Shown here: positions 1-9,917 of the stretch, piece after piece
Numbering within the stretch: the first letter of the stretch is position 1
How the letters are laid out: every line of letters starts with the position of its first letter
Source: Syntrophomonas sp. UBA5432
GTDB lineage: Bacteria > Bacillota > Syntrophomonadia > Syntrophomonadales > Syntrophomonadaceae
Length of the DNA stretch: 64,000 bases
Reading direction: 5' to 3'
Assembly: GCA_002424365.1 (NCBI GenBank)
Contig: DIRQ01000032.1
Location: 80,245-144,244 of the forward strand
The notes under the pieces: generated by a model
Told to the model about the DNA's origin: nothing
The model's input: the letters and a program-made list of their open reading frames with translations, nothing else
Databases searched by the model: none
Translations under genes and position numbers: made by a program

Positions 1-116
1 TACCCGGTATTTTTGCTGCTGGAGACATTAGAGTAAAAACAGCACGGCAGGTAGCTACTGCTGTAGGTGATGGTGCTTTGGCAGGAATAGCCGTTACTGA
101 GTATTTGAAGGAATAG
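1..116 (+). CDS. trxB: thioredoxin-disulfide reductase, C-terminal fragment (start lies upstream of window)
   Basis: Frame 3 reads PGIFAAGDIRVKTARQVATAVGDGALAGIAVTEYLKE-stop (TAG 114-116). This is the typical C-terminal FAD-binding segment of TrxB. It is absent from the ORF track because the window edge truncates it. Confidence 0.75.
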   Translation, partial: PGIFAAGDIRVKTARQVATAVGDGALAGIAVTEYLKE

Positions 117-185
117 CGCCACTATTTGCTTTCCCCCCCGCAAACTAGCCCATAGTATAATGGGGTGCAGAGGGGAGAGAGAAAA

Positions 186-1028
186 ATGTTGGGGATTAAA
201 ACGCCCGTTTCACCTAAAGGCATTGTTCTGGTTCTGGTATTTATTTTGCTAATAACTTTACTGATAAGTAAAAATAGCCAGTCCCTGATGCGTTTCATGG
301 TTGGACAGGAAGTAAATCTTAAAACTGCAGACTTTGCCCAGTACCAGAGTGAACATTATGACATTAAATATACTCCGATAGATGAGCCTTATGTAAAGCT
401 GATTGCAGGGGTAGGCGAAGAAGCTTATGATTCAGTTAGTTCTATGTTTGGCCTTAAACCAGGTGGCCGGACTATTATAGTAGTATATCCAGATAGCAGC
501 AGTCTTTCTCAAAGCTTTGGTTGGGATAAGGATGCCAATGCTATGGGAGTTTATTGGGCAGGATCTATCCGAATTTTATCACCCCGAGAATGGTTAGGGG
601 AAAAGGATATGCAGCTATACTTTGCCCGGGAAGGACCTATGGTTCACGAATTTGCTCACCTAATGGTTGACGAAATCAGTCGAGGGAATTATAATCGCTG
701 GTGGACCGAAGGCATTGCCCAGTATGTTGAAAAGAAAATTACCGGATTTGAGTTTTCCAGTCCTTTTGCCGGAGACAAAAAGGTTGAGTATTACCAGTTA
801 AAACAACTGGCAAAAAGGTTTGATAAACTTGATCAATCCATAGCTTACTGGGAATCCTTGCAGGCTACGGAGTATATAGCTGAACGTTATGGAGAGGAAA
901 GCCTGTTTAGTATAACCTGGGAACTAGGTCAGGGTAAAAGTTTGGAACACGCTATCGAAAAAGTTTTATCAATACCGTATACTGAATGGGAAGAAGATTT
1001 TTACCGATATATTACGAAAGACAGTTAA
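186..1028 (+). CDS. membrane-anchored zinc metallopeptidase, peptidase-MA-like
   Basis: ORF 165-1028. Intact HExxH (VHEFAHL) followed by WWTEG. N-terminal hydrophobic anchor. ATG at 186 follows a purine-rich SD-like stretch. Confidence 0.55.
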   Translation: MLGIKTPVSPKGIVLVLVFILLITLLISKNSQSLMRFMVGQEVNLKTADFAQYQSEHYDIKYTPIDEPYVKLIAGVGEEAYDSVSSMFGLKPGGRTIIVVYPDSSSLSQSFGWDKDANAMGVYWAGSIRILSPREWLGEKDMQLYFAREGPMVHEFAHLMVDEISRGNYNRWWTEGIAQYVEKKITGFEFSSPFAGDKKVEYYQLKQLAKRFDKLDQSIAYWESLQATEYIAERYGEESLFSITWELGQGKSLEHAIEKVLSIPYTEWEEDFYRYITKDS

Positions 1029-1043
1029 CAAGAGGTGTAAATC

Positions 1044-2297
1044 TTGAAAGATACATTGATAATTAGAGGGGGTAACCCTCTTTACGGGACGGTACGGGCC
1101 AGTGGGGCGAAAAACGCCGGCCTGGTTATAATGGCTGCCAGTATTATGGCAGATGGTGAAACTATATTAGATAATGTACCCCGGATACGCGATGTTGAAG
1201 TAATGATAAAAATACTAAATGATATAGATGTGGACACACGTTGGAACGAGGATGGTAGCCTATCCATTTGCTCACCAGCAGGTGGAATTAAGAGCCACAC
1301 CTCCTATGAGCTGGCCAAATTACTACGTGCGTCCAATCTTTTTCTGGGAGCCATGTTGGGGCGGCAGCAAGAAGCTACTGTTTCCCTACCGGGAGGATGT
1401 GACATAGGTTCACGTCCGATGGATTTGCATATTAAGGGTATTCAGGCTTTAGGGGCTCAGGTTAATATTGAGCATGGTTATATATTTGCCCGGGTCCAGA
1501 AACCGGGAGGTTCACGCATCTATCTGGATTTTCCCAGTGTGGGAGCCACTGAAAACATAATAATGATGGCCTCTAAAACTCCGGGCTTAAGTATAATTGA
1601 AAATGCCGCCAAGGAGCCGGAGATAGTGGATTTGGCTAATTTTCTAAACTCCATGGGAGCCAGAATCAGGGGTGCTGGTACGGATGTTATTAAGATTGAG
1701 GGAGTAAAGCAGCTTAAGGCCTGCCGTTATGCCATCATCCCAGATCGGATTGAAGCTGGTACCTATATGGTAGCCGCAGCTATTTCCGGGGGTGAAGTGA
1801 TGGTGGAAAATGTTATTCCCACTCATCTGCATCCGATTATAGCCAAACTCCAGGAGACTGGAGCTGAGGTTAGAGAGACCAACGGTGGCATTCTGGTAAG
1901 AGCTGCCGATAAAATACTGCCGGTTGATATTAAAACCTTACCTTACCCGGGATTTCCAACCGACATGCAATCACAGATGATGGCTCTATTATCCCTGGGG
2001 GAGGGGTCCAGTGTAATCGTAGAGAATGTCTTTGAAAACCGTTTTCAGATAGTTGATGAACTGAAACGTATGGGAGCTAATATTAAGGTGGAAGGGCATA
2101 CCGCGGTGGTAGATGGAGTTAGTACCCTTTATGGAGCCAGGGTAAAAGCAACTGACCTGCGGGCTGGTGCGGCTCTGGTGCTGGCAGCTTTGGTAGCCCG
2201 GGGCCAAACTGTAATCGACAATGCCATCTATATTTTCCGGGGATATGAAGATATTTACACTAAATTACGGGCTTTGGGTGCTAATGTTATAGAGTAG
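1044..2297 (+). CDS. murA: UDP-N-acetylglucosamine 1-carboxyvinyltransferase
   Basis: 417-aa ORF with full-length MurA pattern, including the catalytic Cys loop PGGCDIGSRPMDLH. TTG start follows AGAGGTG. Confidence 0.93.
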   Translation: MKDTLIIRGGNPLYGTVRASGAKNAGLVIMAASIMADGETILDNVPRIRDVEVMIKILNDIDVDTRWNEDGSLSICSPAGGIKSHTSYELAKLLRASNLFLGAMLGRQQEATVSLPGGCDIGSRPMDLHIKGIQALGAQVNIEHGYIFARVQKPGGSRIYLDFPSVGATENIIMMASKTPGLSIIENAAKEPEIVDLANFLNSMGARIRGAGTDVIKIEGVKQLKACRYAIIPDRIEAGTYMVAAAISGGEVMVENVIPTHLHPIIAKLQETGAEVRETNGGILVRAADKILPVDIKTLPYPGFPTDMQSQMMALLSLGEGSSVIVENVFENRFQIVDELKRMGANIKVEGHTAVVDGVSTLYGARVKATDLRAGAALVLAALVARGQTVIDNAIYIFRGYEDIYTKLRALGANVIE

Positions 2298-2310
2298 TTA
2301 AAAAAGCTAG

Positions 2311-2364
2311 AGGACGGACATTTTACCTTGCTATAGGCAAAGGCAAAATATCCGTCCTTTTTTA
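2311..2364 (+). terminator. rho-independent terminator after murA
   Basis: Long imperfect hairpin AGGACGGACATTTTACCTTG...CAAAGGCAAAATATCCGTCCT followed by a T6 run. Confidence 0.75.
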
Positions 2365-2461
2365 TATGGAAGATATTGAACAGTATAATAACAGACCAGG
2401 CGTTAGAAAATATTACTGCTTCTTACCGTAAAGGTAAACAGATGGTTCAAGGAGGAATGTT

Positions 2462-3535
2462 GTGAACAGGCAAGCAGTCAGGGGAATATTATACTTTCTT
2501 ATTTTCTTTTGCGTTGGTCTTAGTGCGGTAGCTGTTTATAACCATAAGCCTTCATCCAGTAAGCCTATTGCTGGACAGGAGCAAATCGTCGTTAGCGGTA
2601 CTATAAGTAAAGTAGCTGCCCAGGTTAGCCCATCAGTGGTGGGTATAACTAACCTGAGTAGTGATGGTGATGTATTTAACCAGCGCAAGGTAGAAACAAC
2701 TGGTTCGGGAGTCATTATCGACAACCAGGGGCATATTGTCAGTAATAATCATGTAGTAAAAAATGCCCAGCGCCTAATAGTAACTCTGGCGGACGGGACC
2801 GAAAAAGAGGCGAAAATAATTGGTACCGACCCCCGTACTGACCTGGCCTTAATTAAAATAAAGGTTGAACGGAAGGTAACTCCAGTACAATTTGGTGACT
2901 CTGATAAACTGATAGTAGGAGAGGAAGTAGTGGCTATCGGTAATCCCCTGGGACTAAGGTTTGCCCGCTCAGTTACCGCTGGTATAATAAGTGGATTAAA
3001 CCGTCTGCTGACCACAGAAGAAGGATTTACCTTCCGCCTTATACAGACAGATGCTGCCATTAATCCGGGTAACAGCGGGGGTGCTCTGGTTAATCTGCAG
3101 GGTCAACTGGTAGGAATAAATACGGTTAAGATAGCCGCCGAGGGATTTGAGGGTATGGGTTTTTCCATCCCTTCCAACCAGGTAAAAATTGTGATAGAGG
3201 ATATAAAAAAACACGGGCGGGTTTTACGCCCCTTAATGGGAATCAAAATAATCGGGGAAATAAGCGGAGATGAGGCCAGGTACTTTAACCTACCGGTTTC
3301 CAGCGGTGTAGTGATTGAACCGGCAGCAGGTGGTCCGGCTGCTAAGGCTGGTATTAAACGTTATGATATTGTATCTTCTCTAGATGGGGTAAAAATAGAA
3401 ACCGCCTCCCAGCTGCAGGATTTAATATTTAATAAAAAAATTGGTCAGGTAGTTAAGCTGCAATTGGTAAGACTACCCCATACTCAGGTAGGACAAATAG
3501 AGGTTAAAACCATCAAAGTTAAGCTGAATAAGTAA
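2462..3535 (+). CDS. HtrA/DegP-family serine protease with PDZ domain
   Basis: 357 aa. N-terminal TM anchor, trypsin-like core with GNSGGAL active-site serine, C-terminal PDZ. GTG start after GGAGGAATG. Confidence 0.88.
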   Translation: MNRQAVRGILYFLIFFCVGLSAVAVYNHKPSSSKPIAGQEQIVVSGTISKVAAQVSPSVVGITNLSSDGDVFNQRKVETTGSGVIIDNQGHIVSNNHVVKNAQRLIVTLADGTEKEAKIIGTDPRTDLALIKIKVERKVTPVQFGDSDKLIVGEEVVAIGNPLGLRFARSVTAGIISGLNRLLTTEEGFTFRLIQTDAAINPGNSGGALVNLQGQLVGINTVKIAAEGFEGMGFSIPSNQVKIVIEDIKKHGRVLRPLMGIKIIGEISGDEARYFNLPVSSGVVIEPAAGGPAAKAGIKRYDIVSSLDGVKIETASQLQDLIFNKKIGQVVKLQLVRLPHTQVGQIEVKTIKVKLNK

Positions 3536-3572
3536 ACAGTCCAGATAGGACTAAACCTTCTGGACTGTTTTG
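3536..3572. terminator. hairpin terminator between convergent htrA-like gene and Ig-like gene
   Basis: ACAGTCCAGA (3536-3545) pairs with TCTGGACTGT (3559-3568), followed by TTT. Confidence 0.65.
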
Positions 3573-3605
3573 ACTTGCTATAATACTTTAATGAAACCGG
3601 GAACC

Positions 3606-4004
3606 TTATTCTTCAACTGGTATGGGAACTACCCTTCTTCTTCCTGTGGTAAATGTAATGATAACACTTTTACCCAGGCTTTCGCCTGCTTTTGATGTTA
3701 GATTGGGACCGATGCGGATAGTATATTTGGTATTGGGCTTCAGTAATCCTATAGGTTTGATATAAATATTACGGCGTTTTTCAACGGCCGTGGATCGGAC
3801 TACATTGTAGTCTATTCTCTTCTGCAGACGCTGGCTGTCAGCCCAAAAATCTATTTGTGTCTTGTTATCTTCCCAGACTGAATCATCTACCACGTTCTTA
3901 TCAAAAACCAGGGTGATGGTGCCGATATTACGAGCAACGTTGGTAGCACCATTGGCAGGAATGGAGCTGACAAAACTCAGGGGCTTTTCTCCGGGTTGCG
4001 CCAT
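3606..4004 (-). CDS. small single-domain SbsA-Ig-like (Big_5) protein, no signal peptide
   Basis: Part of ORF 3606-4070. ATG at 4004 sits 7 nt after AAGGAGG. Hallmark Big_5 N-terminal motif P-A-N-G-A-T-N-V then ITLVFDKNV. Paralogous to 4288-4671. Confidence 0.7.
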   Translation of the reverse strand: MAQPGEKPLSFVSSIPANGATNVARNIGTITLVFDKNVVDDSVWEDNKTQIDFWADSQRLQKRIDYNVVRSTAVEKRRNIYIKPIGLLKPNTKYTIRIGPNLTSKAGESLGKSVIITFTTGRRRVVPIPVEE

Positions 4005-4055
4005 TTCTATACCTCCTTTTCTTAACTTGGTGTATACTATGCAGGCAAATATAAC
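4005..4055 (-). promoter_or_regulatory. duplicated promoter/5' UTR block upstream of the Ig-like gene (copy 1)
   Basis: Minus strand reads TTATATTTGCCTGCATAGTATACACCAAGTTAAGAAAAGGAGGTATAGAAATG. It is nearly collinear with the block at 4672-4722. CATAGTATA resembles the CATA...TA -10 box of mother-cell sigma factors. Confidence 0.35.
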
Positions 4056-4287
4056 CCGGTTACCCCACAAAAAAGGTAAGTTATGGTATATAAGTCACTA
4101 CTATTATGAGAAAGGTATGGTTAAAAGTCCGTAATGTAAATATGTTATTAACTACAGTCACATATTTAAGCGTTTTGTATATGGGATACACTGGAATATA
4201 AACACTGTATCCTGTTTAATGTTGGCATGAATTTTGCGAGTTAAACATAATTTACCAAAAAACACAACCCCGGAGATTAGTTAGCCC

Positions 4288-4671
4288 TTATTCAGTTGGA
4301 ATGATGCCAGTAGGACCGGTGGTAAAGGATACCCGCACGGTTTGGCCCAGAGTTTCCCCTGCCTTGGATCTCAGATTTCGGCCAATGACAATAGTATATC
4401 TGGTGTTGGCACGAAGCCGGTTTACCGGGTGGACAAATATTTTACGGCGCTGGGAGAAATCAACGGTATCGCGGATTCTGGTGACCCGGATAGCTACCCG
4501 GGTGGAACCTCTAAACATACGAATTTGATTACGATTATTGATCCAGACTGCATCATTAACAACGTTTTTGTCAAAAAACAGGGTGATAGTTCTGATAGCC
4601 GGGGATACATTACGTGACCCACGGGCAGGTACAGAGCGTACAAAATTTAAAGGTCTGCCGCCATTTGGCAT
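4288..4671 (-). CDS. small single-domain SbsA-Ig-like (Big_5) protein, Arg-rich paralogue
   Basis: ORF 4288-4677. The second ATG (4671) has the same 7-nt spacing from GGAGG as its paralogue. About 45 percent identity by eye to 3606-4004 (…TITLFFDKNVVNDAVW…NTRYTIVIG…SKAGETLG…). Confidence 0.7.
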   Translation of the reverse strand: MPNGGRPLNFVRSVPARGSRNVSPAIRTITLFFDKNVVNDAVWINNRNQIRMFRGSTRVAIRVTRIRDTVDFSQRRKIFVHPVNRLRANTRYTIVIGRNLRSKAGETLGQTVRVSFTTGPTGIIPTE

Positions 4672-4722
4672 TTTCATACCTCCTTCTTTAGATTTGCTGT
4701 ATAATATGCAAATAAATAAGTA
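4672..4722 (-). promoter_or_regulatory. duplicated promoter/5' UTR block upstream of the Ig-like gene (copy 2)
   Basis: Minus strand reads TTATTTATTTGCATATTATACAGCAAATCTAAAGAAGGAGGTATGAAAATG. Shares TTTG..CATAnTATACA..CAA..AAGGAGGTAT with copy 1. Confidence 0.35.
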
Positions 4723-4897
4723 GGGGCTACTATATAATCAGGTAAATAATGGTGAGTACTATCTGATACGGATACAAGGGATAGCCATTTTAGTCAGAAA
4801 TAGAGGCAAGAGATTTCTTTTATTAATGGAATAGGTTGGGACAATAATACTTTTGTCCAGAGAGGATGGTATACATTTTGCATATAGTGGAGGGACT

Positions 4898-5377
4898 ATG
4901 CGATATCGGATAATATCGGCAGGCAAAATTAAAGAGGCTTTTTATTTAAATGGGATTAAAGAATACCTAAAAAGACTACAGCCTTATGCCGGAATTGAAC
5001 TGGTGGATGGTCTGGAGGAAAAAACTAACCCCCGGGCGGGGGAGAGTGAAATTAATCGGGTGCTAGACCGGGAGGGTGAGCGGATTTTAAAGTTGGTTGG
5101 TGATAATGATATCCTGGTGGCTTTGGATATCCAGGGTAGTAGTATCAGCTCAGAAGCGTTTGCCCAGCTGGTAGACCGGTGGAACCTTTCCGGTAAATCC
5201 CGGGTTAATCTGGTTATAGGAGGATCTCACGGCTTGTCCGAAGAGGTGAAGAGAAGAGCTAATTACCGTCTCTCCTTTTCCCCCATGACCTTCCCCCATC
5301 AGATGGCTGTCCTTATGCTCACCGAACAGCTTTACCGGGGATTTAAAATATTAAAGAATGAACCGTATCATAAGTAA
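4898..5377 (+). CDS. rlmH: 23S rRNA (pseudouridine1915-N3)-methyltransferase
   Basis: 159 aa from the ATG after GGAGGG. SPOUT RlmH pattern MRYRIISAGKIKE...VIGGSHGLS...EPYHK. Confidence 0.9.
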   Translation: MRYRIISAGKIKEAFYLNGIKEYLKRLQPYAGIELVDGLEEKTNPRAGESEINRVLDREGERILKLVGDNDILVALDIQGSSISSEAFAQLVDRWNLSGKSRVNLVIGGSHGLSEEVKRRANYRLSFSPMTFPHQMAVLMLTEQLYRGFKILKNEPYHK

Positions 5378-5428
5378 GTGAAGGGTGAGATAATAATACA
5401 TAGATACCTCATTAAAAGGGGGATTAAC

Positions 5429-6823
5429 ATGGAGAAAACAACAGTTAGGCAGCTGGTACGGGATACCGGCAGATATGCCAATCAGGAAGTGGAAATCAGT
5501 GGATGGATTAGGAGCAATCGCGACCAGAAATCCTTCGGGTTTATAGCGCTAAATGATGGCACTCATTTTAATACGGTGCAAGTGGTCTATGAAAAGGAGT
5601 CCCTGGTCAACTTTGAGGAAGTAACGCGGTTTAGAACGGGTGCAGCGGTTACGGTTAGAGGGATACTGGTAGAGACCCCACAGGCCAAACAGGCTTTTGA
5701 AATAAAAGCCCGGGAGGTCATTTTAGCTGGGGATTCCCCGGAAGATTATCCTATACAGCCCAAGCGTCATACCCGGGAGTTTTTACGTGAAGTAGCTCAT
5801 TTTCGCCCCCGCACCAATTTATTCTCGGCTGTTTTCCGGATACGCTCACTGGCATCCTACGCTATTCACCAGTTTTTCCAGGAACGAGGATTTCTTTATG
5901 TTCATTCTCCAATCATCACTGCCAGTGATGCCGAAGGTGCCGGGGAAATGTTTCGGGTTACCACTCTAGATGCGAAAAAGCCACCACTTACTGAGGCCGG
6001 AGAAGTTGATTTTTTAGAAGACTTTTTTGGCCGCAGAACCAACCTTACTGTAAGCGGCCAGCTGGAAGCGGAAGCATTTGCGCTCGCTTTTAAGGACGTA
6101 TATACTTTTGGACCTACATTTCGCGCGGAAAACTCCAATACCGCCCGCCATGCGGCCGAATTCTGGATGATTGAACCGGAGATTGCCTTTGCCGATTTGA
6201 ATGATGATATGCAACTGGCTGAAGACATGGTAAAATTCGTGATTAGTTACGTACTGGAAAATGCCTCTGAAGAAATAAAATTCTGTAACAATTTTGTGGA
6301 TAAGGGTCTGTTGGCAAGACTACAAAGTATCGTAAACCAGGAATTTGCCGTAATAACTTATACCCGGGCAGTGGAAATCTTGCAAACATCGGGGGAGAAC
6401 TTCGATTACCCGGTGGAATGGGGTAGTGACTTGCAGACGGAGCATGAGCGTTATCTAACTGAGAAAGTCTTTAAGAGGCCGATCTTTGTAACCGACTATC
6501 CCCGAGATATTAAGGCTTTCTATATGCGCCAAAATGATGATGGTAAAACCGTAGCTGCTATGGATTTATTAGTTCCGGGAGTAGGGGAACTGATTGGAGG
6601 TAGTCAAAGGGAAGAAAGGTTGGAGGTTCTGGAAAAAAGGATGGCTGACCTGGGTATGCATAAGGAAGAGTTGTGGTGGTATTTGGAGCTGCGAAAATAT
6701 GGTGGAGTTAAGCATGCCGGATTTGGGCTGGGTTTTGAACGCTTGATTATGTATCTTACCGGAGTAAGTAATATCCGCGATGTAATCCCCTTCCCCCGAA
6801 CCGTTAAATCGTGTGAGTTTTAG
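5429..6823 (+). CDS. asnS: asparagine--tRNA ligase
   Basis: Class II aaRS with an N-terminal OB fold. AsnRS signature regions [19 protein letters not shown] and [12 protein letters not shown] at 5429 follows AAGGGGG. Confidence 0.93.
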   Translation: MEKTTVRQLVRDTGRYANQEVEISGWIRSNRDQKSFGFIALNDGTHFNTVQVVYEKESLVNFEEVTRFRTGAAVTVRGILVETPQAKQAFEIKAREVILAGDSPEDYPIQPKRHTREFLREVAHFRPRTNLFSAVFRIRSLASYAIHQFFQERGFLYVHSPIITASDAEGAGEMFRVTTLDAKKPPLTEAGEVDFLEDFFGRRTNLTVSGQLEAEAFALAFKDVYTFGPTFRAENSNTARHAAEFWMIEPEIAFADLNDDMQLAEDMVKFVISYVLENASEEIKFCNNFVDKGLLARLQSIVNQEFAVITYTRAVEILQTSGENFDYPVEWGSDLQTEHERYLTEKVFKRPIFVTDYPRDIKAFYMRQNDDGKTVAAMDLLVPGVGELIGGSQREERLEVLEKRMADLGMHKEELWWYLELRKYGGVKHAGFGLGFERLIMYLTGVSNIRDVIPFPRTVKSCEF

Positions 6824-6826
6824 TAA

Positions 6827-7065
6827 GAAAATAGAATTTTAATAGACACAGATAACACAGATTTTTATTAAAATCTTAAGGAAAGCGAAAGCTAACGCTT
6901 CCGCTACAAATTAAGAGATAAAATAACTAGACAACCACCCTATTACTGTAGAGGAAACTTTAGTTTCCGATGGGAAACGAAGTTTCCCTCATCCATAAGA
7001 TTAAATGCAACCATAGGATATTGAAAAAATAGGAATTTAGAGTAAGGCATGAGGGGGAGGGACAG
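6827..7065 (+). repeat. degenerate or mosaic copy of intergenic repeat module 1
   Basis: The left end AATAGACACAGATAACACAGATT resembles the family left end AAATAGnnGCTGATAACgAAGTT. The G-rich end TTTAGAGTAAGGCATGAGGGGGAGGGACAG (7036-7065) resembles TCTAGAGTGAGGGGTGAGGGGACAG of the copy at 30946-30970. Confidence 0.45.
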
Positions 7066-7199
7066 ACCCGTGTGTCTGCCCGGTCAACCAGGGAACCCTG
7101 GGGGCTTTAATCCTATCCGATATGAAACTGCCTACTAGCGAGCGAACACATGGGTTCGCCCCTACAGGTAAATTGCCCTGGCTGGCGAGGAAAGTCCGC

Positions 7200-7916
7200 T
7201 TACTCTAATTCAGGCTCATAAACGGAATAGTCATCTTTGTCGCTGTCTATAAAGTGCCACCATTCATAATGAATACTATTAAAACCATGTTTAACCATGA
7301 TTTCTTCCAGAAAGCGGGCACTGGCTTCGGTTTCCGAGTCTAAATCGCTGTAATCCCGGTCAGCCCGGGCGGTAAAATTATCGAAGCCAGTGGGCATAAC
7401 AACTTCCTGGCCGTTTTTATCTACCAGGGTAATATCTACAGCAATACCCCGAGAATGATAAGAAAAGCCTTTATGAGGGTTGATAACAAAGCGGGCATCG
7501 GGTACCTTTTCCCAGAGTTTGAACTGGGCAGCAGGGGGCCGGTAAGCATCCCAGACCTTAACGGTATAACCATGAGTGGTAAATTCCGCTTGAGCAGCCT
7601 TTAGTTTTTCTGCGGTTCCCCTTCTTAAATAAGCTGCTTTATCATCATAAATTATAGCACCGGTAAAATTATCAGGAGTAGCATATTTTAAATCTACTTC
7701 TATTCCAGGGATAAACTCGGCCAGGTTTACCATATCCTGCTCAGAAACCTTCGGGGTAATACCCTTCGTTTCTTCCTGCACAGATTGCTCGGGCAAGGCA
7801 TTCTCCTGTCTAAGCAGAGATTTATACTGCAGGTAAAGAAACGGGGTTAGTAAAATTATAAGTACTATAGCTGCTATTAAACGCCATGTTCTCTGTCCCT
7901 GGTTGCTTGATTGCAT
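7200..7916 (-). CDS. D-alanyl-D-alanine dipeptidase (VanX/DdpX-like, peptidase M15D), membrane-anchored
   Basis: 238 aa. N-terminal TM segment. Motifs YATPDNFTG, SYHSRGIAVDITL and EWWHF are typical of the VanX family. Confidence 0.85.
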   Translation of the reverse strand: MQSSNQGQRTWRLIAAIVLIILLTPFLYLQYKSLLRQENALPEQSVQEETKGITPKVSEQDMVNLAEFIPGIEVDLKYATPDNFTGAIIYDDKAAYLRRGTAEKLKAAQAEFTTHGYTVKVWDAYRPPAAQFKLWEKVPDARFVINPHKGFSYHSRGIAVDITLVDKNGQEVVMPTGFDNFTARADRDYSDLDSETEASARFLEEIMVKHGFNSIHYEWWHFIDSDKDDYSVYEPELE

Positions 7917-8137
7917 TAATATAACTCCTCCCCGATTAGTATTTTACAGTAATATGTGTTAATCTACATAATTATACTACCTGGTTTTTTAACCCTTTAT
8001 GGTTTCACTATTCCAGTCCATGTTATAATTACAAGCAAAATCAAGACTACTAATCGACAGCCTGGTGCTTAAACCTTATTATATAAGGGAGATAATATAA
8101 TGAGACCAGCCCGTTCTGGCTCGAGGAGGATAGATTA

Positions 8138-9862
8138 ATGACTGAAGTGGAAGTATCAAATAATACGGAAACAGGAGATAGTAGCAAAACTCCGGTAAAT
8201 TTTATTCAGACTATTATTAACGAAGATTTGCGTACTGGTAAAAACGGTGGGAGAGTTCATACCCGTTTTCCTCCTGAACCCAACGGTTACTTGCATATAG
8301 GACATGCCAAGTCGATTTGTCTTAATTTCGGACTGGCTGCAGCTAATAACGGTATAACCAATTTGCGTTTTGATGATACCAATCCCAGCAAGGAAGAAGT
8401 GGAATACGTAGAATCTATTAAAACTGACGTACGCTGGCTAGGGTTTGATTGGGAAGACCGTTTATATTATGCTTCTGATTATTTTGAACTACTATATAGT
8501 TTCGCGGTGCAGCTAATCAAGGCTGGTAAAGCATTTGTCTGTGACTTGAGTGCCCAGGAAATTAAGGACTACCGGGGAACCCTAACTGAACCAGGTAAAG
8601 AGAGTCCTTATCGCAACCGCTCGGCGGAGGAAAATCTGGATATTTTCGAACGGATGCGGGCAGGAGAATTTGAAGATGGCTCCCGGGTACTAAGGGCAAA
8701 AATAGATATGGCCTCGCCCAACCTGAATATGCGGGACCCGGTTATTTATCGTATCTTAAGGGCTACTCACCACCGTACCGGGGATAAATGGTGTATTTAT
8801 CCCATGTATGACTATGCCCATCCCTTGTCTGATGCCTTGGAGGCTATTACCCATTCGGTTTGCACCCTGGAATTTGCCGACCACCGGCCTTTATATGAAT
8901 GGTTTATTGATAATGTGGACTATGATGCTGCCAAATATGGGCGACCCCAGCAGATTGAATTTGCCCGCTTAAATTTAACCCATACCGTCATGAGCAAACG
9001 TAAGCTTAGGCAGCTAGTGGAAGAGGGATATGTTAATGGTTGGGATGACCCTCGTATGCCTACTATATCAGGGTTGCGCCGACGTGGGTATACTCCGGCC
9101 TCCATCCGGGATTTCTGTGACCGTATTGGAGTAGCCAAGCGGGATAGTATGGTGGATATAGCTTTGTTGGAACATTGTATCCGGGAAGAATTAAACCTTA
9201 AGGCACCCAGAGTTATGGCGGTTTTGCAGCCGCTTAAAGTGATAATTGATAATTATTCGGAAGGCCAGGTGGAATGGCTGGATGCCGAAAATAACCCGGA
9301 AGACCCGGCAGCTGGGAATAGAAAGATTCCATTTTCCCGGGAAATATATATTGAGCAGGAAGATTTTAAAGAAAATCCCCCTAAGAAATTCTTCCGCCTG
9401 ATTCCGGGTGGAGAAATCCGTCTTAAGAGCGCCTATATTATCAAGTGTGAACGAGTAGTTAAGGATCAACAGGGTAACATTATCGAATTACACTGCACTT
9501 ATGACCCTGATTCCAAAAGTGGTGGACCTACTGCTGGTCGTAAGGTTAAGGGTACTTCCCATTGGGTTTCGGCTCTTCATGCCATCCCGGCAGAAGTGCG
9601 CCTCTATGACCATCTCTTTCTCCAGGAAGATCCGGAAGAGGATGAAGCCGGAGATTTTACCAGTAATATAAACCCGAAGTCTTTGGAAACCCTTACCTCG
9701 TGTATGTTGGAACCAAGTTTAGCTGACGCCGTGGTAGGCAACCGCTACCAGTTCATGCGCCAAGGTTATTTCTGCGTTGATCCCGATTCCATACCTGATA
9801 AACTGGTATTTAACCGCATCGTATCCTTAAGAGACACCTGGGCTAAAATGCAGAAGAAGTAA
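8138..9862 (+). CDS. glnS: glutamine--tRNA ligase
   Basis: 574 aa. Class I motifs HIGH (YLHIGHAKS) and KMSKS-type VMSKR. GlnRS-type N-terminus and C-terminal anticodon-binding barrels. Confidence 0.92.
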   Translation: MTEVEVSNNTETGDSSKTPVNFIQTIINEDLRTGKNGGRVHTRFPPEPNGYLHIGHAKSICLNFGLAAANNGITNLRFDDTNPSKEEVEYVESIKTDVRWLGFDWEDRLYYASDYFELLYSFAVQLIKAGKAFVCDLSAQEIKDYRGTLTEPGKESPYRNRSAEENLDIFERMRAGEFEDGSRVLRAKIDMASPNLNMRDPVIYRILRATHHRTGDKWCIYPMYDYAHPLSDALEAITHSVCTLEFADHRPLYEWFIDNVDYDAAKYGRPQQIEFARLNLTHTVMSKRKLRQLVEEGYVNGWDDPRMPTISGLRRRGYTPASIRDFCDRIGVAKRDSMVDIALLEHCIREELNLKAPRVMAVLQPLKVIIDNYSEGQVEWLDAENNPEDPAAGNRKIPFSREIYIEQEDFKENPPKKFFRLIPGGEIRLKSAYIIKCERVVKDQQGNIIELHCTYDPDSKSGGPTAGRKVKGTSHWVSALHAIPAEVRLYDHLFLQEDPEEDEAGDFTSNINPKSLETLTSCMLEPSLADAVVGNRYQFMRQGYFCVDPDSIPDKLVFNRIVSLRDTWAKMQKK

Positions 9863-9888
9863 GGATACAACTACAAAAAATTAAAAAA

Positions 9889-9917
9889 GGACGGGGTTTA
9901 CATACCCTGTCTTTTTA
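9889..9917 (+). terminator. rho-independent terminator after glnS (overlaps the 3' end of the convergent MBL gene)
   Basis: GGACGGGGT-TTACAT-ACCCTGTCT hairpin (two G-T wobbles) followed by T5. Confidence 0.6.

Noticed and set aside
7142-7165. GGGTTCGCCCC resembling a tRNA T-arm (GGTTCGANNCC).
   Set aside because: The hairpin is GCGAAC-ACATGG-GTTCGC, a 6-bp stem with a 6-nt loop. It is not a 5-bp stem with a 7-nt T-loop. No acceptor, D or anticodon arms can be built around it.
7188-7199. Exact 12-mer GAGGAAAGTCCG, the near-universal P4 5' strand of bacterial RNase P RNA, at the end of the asnS/VanX-like spacer.
   Set aside because: An RNase P RNA would need about 350 more nt to the right. 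That DNA is occupied by a well-supported VanX-like CDS on the other strand, including its EWWHF motif. The downstream sequence shows none of the following conserved RNase P elements (GGGCUCC..., GUGCCAGGUAACGCC). Most likely a chance match or a fragment.
7917-8137. Possible T-box leaders upstream of the aminoacyl-tRNA synthetase genes: glnS here, argS at 34277-34384, and asnS.
   Set aside because: The upstream regions are too short (argS, asnS) or lack the specifier-loop, AGAGA and T-box (AANNNGGGTGGTACCGCG-like) sequences. The hairpin plus T-run at about 34303-34329 is isolated and about 60 nt from argS.
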